This document shows, piece by piece, positions 13,448 to 26,456 of a DNA stretch of 64,000 nucleotides; within the stretch, counting starts at the first letter, position 1, and each line of letters starts with the position of its first letter. Position numbers and translations under genes: made by a program. The notes below the pieces were generated by a model, which searched no databases, was not told the origin of the DNA, and saw nothing but the letters and a program-made list of their open reading frames with translations. Location of the stretch: NCBI GenBank assembly GCA_965655095.1, contig OZ296655.1:62372001-62436000 (forward strand). Direction: 5' to 3'. This stretch comes from Haplodiscus bocki. Lineage: Eukaryota.

Positions 13448-13693
13448 TCAGCAAATTCTGATTTTTTGACTTGACCAGGCAGCACGCTGAATGTTGTGAG
13501 ATAAAAATAGAAAGGTCCACATGTCTCTACTGTTTTATTATTGGGCAGCGTACGTGTACAGGGAGTGACACAAATGGACTTATTGAATTTGGAAATGATG
13601 CCATCTTTTAGTTTCCGGATGCCATCCCACTCTTTCGAATCCATCAATTCAGGAGAAATGCATGTATCGTCTATTATAGTTGGCGAACACATC
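13448..13693 (-). pseudogene. Putative exon of a decayed spliced gene (possible Ulp1/clan CE peptidase C-terminal part)
   Basis: Minus-strand acceptor TTTTTTTTGCAG, then an open frame MCSPTIID...LMDSK...NNKTVETCGPFYFYL...EFAE, then donor GTGAGT. TCGPF resembles the Ulp1 DCGxF catalytic motif. Confidence 0.4.
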
Positions 13694-14622
13694 TGCAAAA
13701 AAAACATTTATTTTTTACGAGTTTAATTATAGCATAAGGAGGCTAACAAAGAAAAACTAATCATGTCGAGGATATTTGACGAGTCTCAGTTCCCACATCA
13801 ACTGATCTATCGGAAAAAAATCTTCATTGCCAAATTGGAAAAAATCGTTACTAAAGTTATCAACGAAACCATTTTTCAATTGCTTCAAAGTATTTGTTGC
13901 TATTTGATCTCCTCCAACTTTTAGCTGCTTTGATGACAATACGGACCGTACCAAAAAAATAAAGAGCCCATGATCAAGCATAGACGGTAATGACAGAAGA
14001 ATCAGGTATCCGCAAGCTGCAAGTTATTGTTGGGGCTTTGCAGCTTTATGCTGAAGGGATCGTCTTACATCTATTCTTAGATTATTGTTTCCACAGGTGC
14101 ATATTAGTTGCCATGTACAGGGTTTCTTTACACTGCAGTAGTTTTCCACCATTTTCCAGTACAGATTACTGACACTCTCCTTGCTCCATAAACGCGGCTC
14201 CACCTCTAGAACTTTCTTGAGAAGATTGGCCAGTCTTTTCACTCTAACGTAAAGTTTTCTTCGGTCTTTGGCAGCAAAAATTCTACAGTTCCTTGTCGGG
14301 TAGTATTTTCGTTCATATCAGTTAGATTGACATCACCGTCGTATTTTCTTTTTAGAAGCGATACAAAATATAGTATGTCGTGCAACTCAAGGTAACATGA
14401 GATCGATAGCAGTTCGGGCTGTTTCAGTCTCTCTTTTAGTCTATCTTCTTGTCTACTATCTCCCTGATTTTGTTTTCTATGTGGAACAATTTCTCATCCA
14501 GAATGAGACTCAATTTTTTCGACTAGAATAGTGTGCGTAAAGCATACTGAGAAAAGCGATCTCTCGCGTTGTTCTCAGGACATGTGGTGCACAGCAGCAT
14601 TCAGAGGCTTCCAACTTCTTTC

Positions 14623-14949
14623 GGGTCTTTTCCGTTTCTTCCCCCCAGCGGATTATTCCCCCCCCCCCCAGTCGAAGCTGTAGCTGCTGCTACCAGTGTA
14701 CATGTATTTATTCACTGAATGTCTTTCGCGAGTCAGTAGACAGTGCACACAATTCACGAATTTCAAGTACCTTCCAAGAAGCTGACTGCTTGCAGAAGCT
14801 AGTTAAAGTAAACAAACAGGTATTTGCAATAACTTTATTAAGCAGAAACTTGAACCATACTGCTCAGCTGAGCATATCAGCTAGGGGGGGGGGGGAATAA
14901 TAATTTTGTCAGTAGGGCTGGGGGGGGGGGGAAGAAACGGAAAAGACCC
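14623..14949. mobile_element. MITE with G/C-run terminal inverted repeats
   Basis: Left GGGTCTTTTCCGTTTCTTCCCCCCAGC...TTATTC(C)n and right (G)nAATAA...GCT(G)nAAGAAACGGAAAAGACCC are reverse complements. Flanks CTTCTTTC/CTTCTCTT look like a degraded ~8-bp TSD. The interior is non-coding. Confidence 0.85.
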
Positions 14950-16505
14950 CTTCTCTTTCAGTCCATTCACTGCAGTCGGTGACATCCCAGTGCATGTTAT
15001 GGTGAAGTGCTTTTGTCTCCTTGCAGGTGCAATAACGGTCCCATTTTTCATGCAAATTTTCAGAAGTGCTGTTTCAGTATTTTACTACACAAATCTGCAA
15101 TCCATTTTCACCTGAACTTAAATCGCTTCAAAAAAGCATATCATTTCTTCGCAAAACATTACTACTATCCGGTGATAAGTTAAATTTTTCATGAACAAAT
15201 TAAGCCTAACTCACACATAATCCTAACAAGCGAGCATACCTTAATTTTTACCGTTCCAAAAACTGAACTATTTGCATTGTATATTGAAAGATACACCATC
15301 TGGGAAAACTAGGAAAATACTGCCGTCGAATAATTTCATCGTTTTTTTGGAGCAAGTTATTTTCTTTGGCTCCCCATTGGTCCGAGCATCCCATATGTCC
15401 CGACATTCAAAACGTCAAAAGATTCCAAACCTACAACTTTTTCGATGGTTAACTGGCTACTTTTCTACGTTATGAATAGTTTGGTATTCTTTGGCCCCTT
15501 AAGAATAGATAAATTTTGGTCAGAATGAACAGCAAGTACACTTTCGAATCACAACTGTCTTGAAAAGAGCAGAATCGACCTTAGAAGGAACCAGAATCAG
15601 GATTAATAGTATCAATTTAACCTGTTTGTCATTCATGGCATTAGCCACTTCCTGTGCCGTCATTGTTTTGTAGCTCTGAGATGAAGAGAAACATTGAATA
15701 TAAATACCAAGAACAGCTAAACAGGTGGTCCACTGAACTCCAAAGTGGGCAGAATCTTGAGACATGCCGTCAATTTTGACCTCGAGTTAGAATCCAAGTG
15801 AACTATGGATAGGTTAGAGCTTAATGATGACTGCGATTAAACTACGCGAAAAAAAATCATAATACTTCCTGAAAATGCACAAACATTTCATTCCGGTAAC
15901 AAACTGGAAGAGGATAGTGAAAAATTGACATCAAAATTCAGCCTGAAGCTAATGAAACAAAAACTAAGAATTTCGTTTTCTCGCCTCGGCTCTTGAAGGC
16001 CGAAGGTTTACGAGAAGCATTGAAGAGTTTCAGATTAAAAAAATATAAGTTCAGGGCAGCAGTTGGGGCCCCCTTGAAAAGAGATCTTCAGGTCTTCATC
16101 ATCTTCGTTTTCTCATCGCAGATTCTCAAGCGCGCCACCTCGACTTCCTGAACTTCAATTAAGCTCCCCTGTCTGGAGCAAAAGTTCACATCTCACCCAT
16201 CATTCCAGCAACTGGCAAGTACGAGCTGATTAACCCTATTTATAGGCGGAAACGATCTTTAGGACGGAAGCGTGCCCTCGAGTATCACGCCAGAATAGGT
16301 TGCTTCAAGGATCTCGACAGTCGCAGACTCTACTGTTTGCAATAGCGTCTTTGTCCTCACTCTTCCCCAACGTTTCGCTCCAAATGGAATTGTCAAAAAT
16401 TTACCCGTCCATCAACTCATTTGTCACACTGTGGTCAACAACTTGCTGAACAAGAGGTCTCGAAACGTACGTAGGGCTTACCGAGGTGACTCGAAGTACT
16501 TTTAC

Positions 16506-16918
16506 TGTTACAGGATACCTAAAAAAGTATTTTGCAAAAATGGACAAAACGTCAGTGAAAACGATCAATTTACGATCAGCCAAGAAGTATGACATGTCAT
16601 AAGCTTGAAATGTCCAGTTCGACAGCTTTCGCAAACCTACTGTCGTGTTTCGACAGTGGGTATTTCAACTTAACAGCTGTCCGTCGAGTTTCAGGGGATG
16701 AGCTGAAAAAAAAACCACAAACCTACAAGATAACGGCGAGTTCCATTGGCTGATAAGTGAACTATAGGCTAAATGAGAAGTCGACGATTCGCTTTTGATG
16801 CCTGAATTCTTCAAATTCCATTTTAAAACCCTACTTTTCTGGAACTTTTCTCAACTTTGAAACAATTTCTCGGAAATTCACCTCAATCTTCTTTTCCCAA
16901 ATTCTGCGGAAAACTATA
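16506..16918 (+). repeat. 5' LTR of Gypsy B
   Basis: Starts TGTTACAGGATACC; shares blocks AAAACGAT, TGACATGTCATAA, TTTCGACA, AACGGCGAGTT, GCTAAATGAG, TGCCTGA.TTCTTCAAATT and ACTATA with 26837-27292. Confidence 0.8.
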
Positions 16919-16919
16919 G

Positions 16920-16931
16920 TGGTGACAAGAA
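16920..16931 (+). promoter_or_regulatory. Primer-binding-site-like motif (TGGTGACAAGAA)
   Basis: TGG-initiated motif 1 nt after the LTR end. The cognate tRNA is not assignable with confidence. Confidence 0.6.
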
Positions 16932-17694
16932 TAACCAAAATCATCTTTCATCCAAATCTCAACTCCATCGCAGTTTACTCTTTTCGTCTGAAATCGATCA
17001 GAATTCTTCGGCACTCAAAAATTTTTGAAACCTTCTTCACAACTTCGTAACTGCAAAATCTGAAAACGATTTAGACGTGCCAAATCGTCTCAGACCCAGA
17101 AGAATGAGTCACTGGAGCTTGAAAGCTAAGTTTTGACATAATCAGTATTTATAAACAAAACCTTCATAAACTTGGAATAGAGAATCCAACCTTAACAAAA
17201 AAGTTTTAGTATCATGGTCGTTCATATCTAAAATAAATAACACCTGCTTAAAAAGGTGAAAATCACCAACACCGCCGGTTAATACCCAATTAAATTCCTT
17301 CGCTGATTAGTTCAAAACTACAACTTTTCAAGTCCACTACTAAATTGAGTTTGGTAACAACGTGAACCTTTTCGGAGCTACCAGCATACTGCCTGCAGAC
17401 AATCAGTGTCCTTGAAAAGGCTTGTGTGAAACTATTCGACTATTGAAAAGCAAAAAAAGAAGTAAACAAATTTGGCTGAGATTCAGCAAGGAGCCATACA
17501 TTTGAAGAAGCCGTTGGTTATCAACGGATTTCGCTGACTCTTTGTACCAGTTAATTCCATGTTGCGAATTCGCATCCTAAAAAGTTACTGGTAGGACAAC
17601 AAGTAATGTTTAAAGAGACATCAGAGTATCAAAAAAAGCAATATTAGCAATCAACAAAATATAGTCTAAACAACGACCAGCGTAAACTGAAAAA

Positions 17695-18670
17695 GTGTGG
17701 CGTCGAGTTAATAGAACTTTGGTTACGGTCAAATCCAAGATGATCTTACTGGGACCTTTCACTGGCTCCAATGACAATCAAAGCAACAGGACACTTTGCG
17801 AGTTTCTGGCGCATCCCCAAAAATGGAGAATAATTGAAACGCACGATGGAATTGAAGTCGAAATAGACGAACAGCTGCAATATTTTGCACTTCGACTCCA
17901 AAAATCAGCATTTGATTTCTACCGAAATTTAACAAACGCGCCGAAAACAAGTTATGACGAAACAGTCAGAGCATTCAGAACGCATTATAATGAGAAATCA
18001 ATCGTGTTCCGTGGACGGCCTGCAAGAAAAGCATCAACAACCGAGGGAACACTTTTTGAATTTTTCGATGATTTGCAGTGCTTGGCTATGAAAGCATACC
18101 CTGAGGAGTTAAATGAGATTCGGGCTTTTTTGATAGTGCATGATTTCTTGGAAAACATCCATAACAGTCAAGATAGTGTTGCTTTGAGAGAAAACCACGC
18201 GGACGCAGAGTTAACAAGCGAAACAGTTTTAGAAAAAGCAGTACATCTGGACGCAGTCACAAGATTTATGGAAGAAGGAAGAGTCGCAGCTCTTCAACCA
18301 GAAAATAGGTAGGAAATGATTACTTCTGTGGACATGTTTATTGATTCTTCGTCTCGCTCGCGGGATTCGCGAAGTGACAACCGTGGTTCGTTCCGCGAAA
18401 AATTTTTTTAAACGGAGCAGCTCGAGAAAAACCAACCAATGCGGAACAGATCGAGGCGGAAGAGTCAGAGGGCATAACGGTTACAGGGAAGACAGATACA
18501 TAGCCCCAATACCCAGAAGATCCCCAGGCAGGCGCCAACAGTCACAATCTTGAGAAAAGTCTTCTGAAAGTGATCGAGACATAGGATTTCAAAGTAGCAT
18601 AGCTGGAACTGCGGTCAACGGTGTCACTGTGCGACAGAGTACAAAAATTGTTTGGAAGTTCTCAACATTT
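17695..18670 (+). pseudogene. Gypsy B gag
   Basis: 205-aa ORF LGPFTG...YFALRLQKSAFDFY...FFDDLQCLAMKAYP...TVLEKAVHLDAV typical of Gypsy capsid; Arg/Ser-rich linker; degenerate knuckle CGQRCHCATEYKNC at ~18610-18650. Confidence 0.8.
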
Positions 18671-18949
18671 CAAGAGAGATGGCTTTTTTTAAACTGAAGA
18701 AGGGTATTGTGGAGACGGCTGCACATTTGACACCTAAAAGTAGGGCCATGGTGAAATTGACTAGAGAAATGAAGTCAACGACAACGCAAGCGGTACAGAC
18801 GATGCAGCTGTTATAAGGCGTTTTGGCATCAGCTTCGGTGAATGGCTGCAGCAGTGTATCAGCAGCTAGTTGGAAGTTCTTGCAATGACTGGGATTCAGT
18901 GGTGCACTGGAATTCTACAAAGGAAATTTTTCACAGCGAAGGGTACATC

Positions 18950-21900
18950 AATGCTAGTAAAAAAACAGAGCTCAGAGTTTAACTAGAGCAATTTGCACAT
19001 CATTATCAGCCGCTTTTCAAGTATCTACAGCAGATACTTTTGAAAGCCTGCCCAGATCGGATTATCCGACCTAAAAAGCTTCCATTTTGTACACCAGGGA
19101 ACAAAAACTGTTTTGATGGAAGATACGCCGAACATTACCATTAAAATCGAGACCAACTACCAATGAGTTAACGTACCCGACATTAATTTCAATAGAATCA
19201 GTAGTAGCTAGGAGCAAAAAGTTACTGTAATGTGAATTAGGAAACGTAGACTGTTAGAAATTCACATCTACGAAGTAATAGTAACCCCACATGAAATTTT
19301 CCAAGTTTCAAGCAGGTTATGGGTAGAAAAACCCTAGTTAGAGACAAAGAGGGATTGTGTTTGGTACGGTTAATAAAAAAATCACAAGGAAGCTATTCTT
19401 ACAAACGAAAGTCCTGGACAGGATCGCTAAAACTATTGAGTCTGAGCATTAAACGGTTTCTGTACAAACAGAACCGACAGAAAACAGCAAAAAAGCTCAA
19501 TTTCAAGAATCACGTCAGAATTGAGGGCCAACAATTGTCTTTAACAGAATTGAAAAAAGTTGAGAGCCTATGTTATTAATTCGGGAACACCTTTTCCAAA
19601 AAAGAAATGGACTTGGGTTTTATTAATGACATAGAGTACCAAATCCAAGTGAAACTGGACGCGAAGCTTTTCCGACAGGCTTTTGGTAACATGACTTTAG
19701 ACAAGAAGAAGCAAGGAAACAAATGGAAGAAGAATTAGTTGCTGTGTATCCAATTATTCCAACTCTTTCCGACTGGGCTGCTTTGAGCATACTGGCCCCA
19801 AGAAAGATGGAACACACCGTTTAGTTGTAGACTACCGTGGACTTAAGAAACAATTAGAAAAAACATGTTGGTTTCTTCGAGGAACTACTTATGTGACCGA
19901 TTCTTCGGAAGGAAGTATGTTTTTCTCGAGCATTGTTTAGCGTCAGGGTTTCTTGAAATGTCTTCGAAAATGAAAGCCAAAACTTGACGTCCTTCAGTAC
20001 TCCAAATGGACTCTACAAGTGTAAACGTCCACCACTGGTACTGGTACCTGCACCTAGGGCATTCCAAAACCTAATGCATTTGGTGTTCAATGGTCTTTCA
20101 TAGGAAGGTGCCCTGGTGTTTCTGGACGAGATAATATTCTGCGGGAAAAAGTTTGAGGAACATTTATTACGTTTGAAGCAGGTGTTCGAGCGACCTGAAA
20201 AAACTTGACTCAAGATAAAAGGCTCCAAATGTAATTTCTGCCAGAAAAGAATTCAATTTAGGGGCATGTTGTGTCAGAAAAGGAGTGGAAGTGAATCAAA
20301 AGAAGGTGTGGGCAGCAGAAAAAAATAAATCAACAAGCAAGTTTAAGGAAGTGTGAACAGTGCTGGGTTCACTAGGTTTCTAAATGAAAATTTTTCATGG
20401 TTTCGGAAAACTTCAGTACCTCAATATCAATTATTGAAGAGAGAAAAGACGTTCTTCTGGACACCAGATTCCAAAAAAGCCCTAAAAGGGCTGAAAGAAA
20501 ACATCTATCAGCGCCAATCGTGAACTACCAAAGCAACGGGGATGCGTACATTTTAACCACAGATGCATCGTTGACTGGCGTTGGTGCCATTTCGACTCAA
20601 AAGCAAGAAGGACTTGTTAGAGTTATTGCATATGCCGGCAAGACTCTGACCAAGAGTCAGAGGAACTATTCTGCAGCAAACTGTGGTGTTTCTACTGTGG
20701 TGCACTTTACAGATCATTTCAGATTTATCTACTGGGTCGGAACTCTGTAATTGTCACAGATCACCAAGCATTGGTATGGCTCATTAGTTTCAAAGATTCT
20801 GAAGGTAATATTGCAAGAGGGCTTGATTACTTCTGAAAGTTTAAACCAGAAAAAAGACATAAAGCAGGAAAAGACATACCGCATTCAGGTTGTCGGACAC
20901 AAGCTCAAACCAAAGAGAGGGGCCTAACGAAGTTTGTGGCCACTTTAACAGAAAGAAATACAGAAATACAACAACGATACAACTAATCCATGGCAGGTAC
21001 AGCAACACATTGACCAAAAAAGCATCGAAATGAAGCAATAACCCAATAGAAAAGTAACCAAGGTCTTTGTTTGGCTGGAAAAAGGAACAGAGATCCAACA
21101 AGCGACGAATGAGGGGACTTTAGAGGAACTCTGGAAAATTTGGGTTCCTACTATCTAATTAGGAATATTGAGAAAGTTGATAGACTTCTTTAACAGAAAA
21201 GCAGAAATGAAGAAAGTGGACAAGTAATGCAACAAATTATTGTTGCTGAGACCCAAATTCCACTTGTTCTAACTTTACTCCTTGAATCTCCGCGTACGGG
21301 ACTTTTTGATATCGGCAAAACGTATCACATGCCCCAGGAACATTTTTTGGCGTGAAACGTATTGTGCTGAACTGGGTTGATAGCTGTGACTAATGCCTCA
21401 GAAGAAAAAGAACGCCGCAATAACACAGTCACAATCCCAGAAATTGGCAGCCTGACCCTTGCCTGTTTCGGAGGGTTGTAGGTACGTGCTATCAAATGCT
21501 GATCAGTTGAGCAAAAAGTACGGGGCCGTAACAAGGCCAAATCAAGAGGCCCAAGCAGCTGCTCGAGTCCTGTTGGAAATTTAGATCACTGGAATTGGCT
21601 GCCTTGTCAACCTCCACAGAGATAAGGGAACAATTTTCATGGCTGACCTTTTCTGTGAAATTTATCGGATTTTGGGCATTGAAGAGACTTCTACCACGTC
21701 AATTCACCTCGAGGGGAATGCATTGATTAGGAAGACGAATAAGACAAGGAAGGAAAGCCACCCTGAAAAGGTGGATGACCATCAGAGTGAATGGAGATGT
21801 TACTTTCAGCTGGTAATGATGGTACCGCACTTCCTTTCATGCAGTGACCAAAAAAAGCCCTTCCTACGTTGTGCTTAAACGTTTTCGGGACTGCCATTTG

Positions 21901-22300
21901 ACTGTATGTACGTGACACGGCACACAGAACTTTTTCCAACATCAAGCGATTTCATTTTCAAAAGGAAGAGATAAATGCAGAGGGCACATCATTTTTTGAG
22001 AACAGAGATGGAGGTGCAACAAACTCACCAAAGAACATTTTTCAATTATCGTGTTTATGGTCCTACGTACAGTGAAGGAGATTAGCTTTTTGTTTCCCTT
22101 CTGACTGTGAAAAAAGGAGAAACAGAAAAAACTCACTTCTTTTTACAGAGGACCCCACAATGTTGCAGAAAACTTTAACAATGCTAGTTTTTGTGTCCGC
22201 CATGCAAGAACGAGGAAACTTCTAGAATTTCAAGACGACAGATTGAAGAAATACAAACCTCGAGAACAATTTTTCGTACGAATGGTAAAAGTAAGCAGGC
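18950..22300 (+). pseudogene. Gypsy B pol (PR remnant, RT, RNase H, integrase)
   Basis: RT RLVVDYRGL (~19820), FQNLMHLVF, LVFLDEIIF (~20115); RNase H TTDASLTGVGAI...VIAYAGKTLTKSQRNYSA and TDHQAL; integrase HRDKGTIFMADLF...TTSIHLEGNALI; GPY/F-like YRGPH (~22145). Confidence 0.9.
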
Positions 22301-22759
22301 CCCAGCAACAGGAAACAACTTCTCCAACTGAGAAAAAGGATGACTTGTTTTTCGGAATAGACGATTTATAAACAGTACTTCCAGGCCACGCAACACACAG
22401 TATGTTAGCAGAGAAGACAAGCAAAAAGGAATACACAGCCCGCATCAAACGGAACAATATTTCATAGGGTGGGACCAGCGAAGAATCGGGTTAGAGTATC
22501 AGTCCAAACATTGGCAAAGAAAATTTTAAAAGTGTCGGTAGATTTAGCGCAGGTGCGGCAAAGCCCGTTTCGAAAAAAGCAGAAGTCCGTACCACTGCTG
22601 ACAGAAAAACCTACGCGGGTCCCTTCGGTACCAAGACGATATGCCGACTATTTCGTCTATATTGACAACGATGATAACTGTGTTATCGATAATGCTTTTC
22701 CTTCAAGAAGCAAGTGAGTGGTATCAACGGACCAAAAAGGTGACTTAAGCAATCAAGGT

Positions 22760-24830
22760 AAACTTTTGTTCAAATTGTTTTTGATTCCATTTGTCATCAT
22801 CAGGTTCGTCCCCAAGGACGAAATTAAGACAGTGGGTTATGACTTTGAGGAAATCTTAACGAGATCAGTCTTTTCCCCAATTGACCAAACAGCAATGCTC
22901 TCGAAACTCAAGGGCCGGTACCATTAAAACTGAGGCGACAATCCTTCTTCATGAGAACAATCTTGAAGTAGAGTTAAGACTGTTCCACTATCAGACATCA
23001 TACACGGTAGCAAAAATTAAGAAAACTAACGTATACGTCGACGATTTCCTTTGCGCCAAGAATCGAAAACACTACCGGGTTTATACTTGATATCATTTAA
23101 AAGCTGCCAATCGGTATGAACTGGAAACAGATTTATGGTACAAGTGTTAGAAAAAACAAAGAATTTTGACTCAATTCAAAGGAAATCGAGAAACTGGAGC
23201 AAGCCAAAACGGAAACATTTGATCACGAGACTTTTGATTACTCAGCTACATTTGTGAAAGGAAAAGGGCACGGCACAGGTTATTTTCAACCTCAGGAAAT
23301 GGTTAAACCACCAGTTAAAAGTCTAAACGGATCTGTGTTAATTGGTGAGACACTCGCGATAGGCGAGCTGAACGCCACAACAAAAATATATGCGCAGGGT
23401 TTTTTCTTCACTTGGTAGGACCTTTTTGGGATTTATCTTGAGAGGTCCAAATTGTCGAATGATTTCGAGCACTTTTTGTGGTGTACTTAACGCGAAATAC
23501 CACAAATTGTGTCTGGTGGAAATTTGTAACAATTAGAGCGATAACGAAGCAATAAAGTTTCAAGGAGTAAAAAGCAGTTTACTATCACGTTTCCTTAGTT
23601 CATACCGTCATTAGCGTTTTGCCGTTGAGATCGACAGTATACCTCTCAAATTTTTCAATAGATTTCTCTTTCCGACAATCATCCAGAATGTGGATGTCAG
23701 ATTCCATTTACTGGATCTACCCAAAACAGAATGTAACATGCTTGACCAGACCATGATCACACAGTGTCGGTCGGAACTTGTCTATGCGCGCGAGTTACAA
23801 GAAATGGAAGATATCTGAGTAGGAGTGAAATTTCAAAGTTGTCAAATGAATCAAACAAAAGCTAAAATTAAGATCGCATTCACTTTTAACTCAAACAGTG
23901 CTGTATGGGGAGTAGGAACGGAAAATATACATCTTGAGAGAGCAGGCGGAGTAGTCTATTTTCATTGATCTGCAAAAATGGAAGTTACCATAGTTGAAAA
24001 TCATTATTGCACAGACGAAGTGCCGGTTCAATCGAGGCATGGCAAAAAAACGGTGCCAAAATTTAGGAACCGCATCTTAAAAGTCTTTTATCAAAAATAT
24101 ACGTTGACTGAGTGCAATCCTCTCAACCCTAAGTTGATGAGACTTTCAAATGGCACAAGGATTTTTGTCGGGAAGGGTATGAGATCAACTGGGTTAGACC
24201 AGTGAAAGTCTACAACGAAACAAGACGAGAATGGAGACCCCACGATGTCATCCGTTTGTGGAAAAACGGACCGTTCACAGTAGAAACCTATGGAGCCAAT
24301 TCGAGCGAGGGCTCTGGGAAATAGGAGAACTACCCTTGCGGGCAGAGGTATACTGGTGTCCCCAGGGCCATTACTCCCACGATCAATATTTTCATCCGAA
24401 TATACAACATGGACAGCTGGGTTTAAGTGGGGCTGTTATCAAACGTTTCGAAAGAGTGAATAAAGACATATTGGTTCTATGGTGGACTGCCAGGGATATT
24501 ACGACTGCAATCCTAACTTTATCATTATTAGGTAGCAAATTGCGTTTTTTTTCATGGATCTTTTCTGCAACACCAAACTCAAACAACTGGAAACTAAGAC
24601 TTTTTCCGCTCTACAGCCGATGGACTCGTTTTATGAGTATAACCAAAATCTGGCAGAGTTTCAGTAAATGAAGACAGATAACAGTCGACAGCAAAACAAT
24701 GTTGGTACGGAGTCAAAAAACTAACGGAGCTATTGCGTTGAAGGTAAAAATTTAAACAAAGAACAAAGACCTGTAATAGGATTAAGGTTTCATTCAAGTA
24801 TTGCACATAATCTAGATTTTGATTTGATCA
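22760..24830 (+). pseudogene. env-like glycoprotein, chuvirus-G-like (class III fusogen type)
   Basis: Hydrophobic signal-like LLFKLFLIPFVII followed by VGYD(F/C); later AGGVVYFHxSAKMEVTIVENHYCTDEVPV...TLTECNPLNPKLMRLSNG matches the chuviral glycoprotein pattern GEVVHIIKCxxVEVxxxxxxxCYxELPV...ECNPLLPxMY; C-terminal hydrophobic segment ITTAILTLSLLG. Sits in the env position after integrase. Confidence 0.7.
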
Positions 24831-25309
24831 AAAATGGCTAATAGACGCATTTTTGAGTACGTCTACTATTTACGCGAACTCTACCAAATAAATTCAGGTT
24901 TGTGGCACCAAGACTGTACCGGGTGCAAGGATGCTTTTATGGCCATCGGAAATTTACTCCCGAGGACAGTTTGAGTCCTGCAAACATCAAATCAAGAGCT
25001 GATGTACCGCCAACTCAACTGATCGGGTTTTGATTGGAGTTGGAGTTTTCCAAAATGAAAAAAGAGGCCTTAGAAGACGAGCTAAGGTCAGCTGCATATC
25101 AATAAAATGAACGACGACCAACTGTGCCCAATACAATAACTGAGTCCGATGTAAGAGCGCAATGAGATTAAAAAGATAAAATAGGACAATTGACGTAGGA
25201 ATTCGATACGCAGCTCATATTGATATGGAGTGAAAGCAACGAGACAGGATTAAAAGAAAAAAATATTCCAAGAAATCAAACAAAAATCTTTTCACAACGG
25301 TTTCTCCCA

Positions 25310-25543
25310 ATGTACGAGATTTTGTTTATCCACGCCAAAACTTACATAGAGACAATGAGAAGGAACTACGAAAATTTGGCTGCTATAACCCATCCGAATG
25401 TCGGAGGATGAGAGGATCATTTCAAGACCAGATACCGATGCTATGCACTTTTGAACGACGAGAAAACCAGAGAAATATACTCTCCATGGGGCCATGAAAA
25501 AGCCGAGGACGAGCTATCAAGAGAAAACAACTGGAGTGGATAA
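25310..25543 (+). pseudogene. J-domain (DnaJ-like) accessory ORF 1 of Gypsy B
   Basis: Single frame MYEILFIHAKTYIETMRRNYENLAAITHPNVGG*EDHFKTRYRCYALLNDEKTREIYSPWGHE follows the J-domain consensus YEILG...IKKAYRKLA..HPD.GG.E.FK.I..AY.VLSD..KR..YD.YG.E. HPN (CAT CCG AAT) is one transition from HPD. Confidence 0.8.
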
Positions 25544-26456
25544 CCGAGTTTTGGGTATTTTCATCCGGAAAAAAACCTTGTAGGTTGGATTCACCTACTA
25601 TGGTAGAATGCAAGAAGTGTGGACAATTCGAAAATAAAACAAACGATGGGTTCCACCTCTTAAAAAGTTTGTAGGTGGAAAACATCCACTCTAGTGTAAT
25701 GCAGGAAGTATGGACTTTTTCAAAAACAAAGTAATTGGTGGTTTTCACTTTTTACCTTTAAAAAAATCAGGCAAAACCAACTGTTTTGTTCTGTTCTACG
25801 CGGATTTTACCCTTTAAAGTTTAAGCAATGGATGTCGACACAAGTTGCAAGAACAACTAAAACAAATTCGTACAGTTTTCATGTTTTATGAACTCTCTCT
25901 TGCTTAAGTAGGCATCCAAAATTTGAAGGCACTGTTTACAACATCCCTGAAGTCTTCGTAGTCAAATCAGAGAGACAAGCAAGAGTGTTCCACGTTGAGG
26001 GTAAACACAGCAAATCCCATAAAATTGCAATTGCTGTGACGCTCTAGCCCTTGTCGTTGGTTGAGAGGGCAGACATAAACGAGGCAAGTCTCACTACCAT
26101 CCGGGAACAAAGTGTTGGCCCGATGAACGAGTGTAATAGCCTGAAACAGCAAATAAAATCACTCCAATCGGGAGTGTCGGCACTTCAGAAGAAGACAGAA
26201 GTGACCGTAGGGTAGCCGCAGTTTTCGAAGGACGCGGCCCATCAGCGCCACCTTACGCTCGACCGACAGATGAAAACAATCGCTGGCGTGACGAAGAAGT
26301 TGCAGAGTGAAGAGTCCGATCACCTCGCGACGGAGGAAGAGCTTGATGAGGAGAAGGAGCAACCTTGAAGCTTGCTCGGGCAGCCGAAAATCCAAAAGGC
26401 ACCGGTTTGACCCTAGACCGTGAGCCGAAAACTTGCAATCGCCACCTTGCAAAAAA

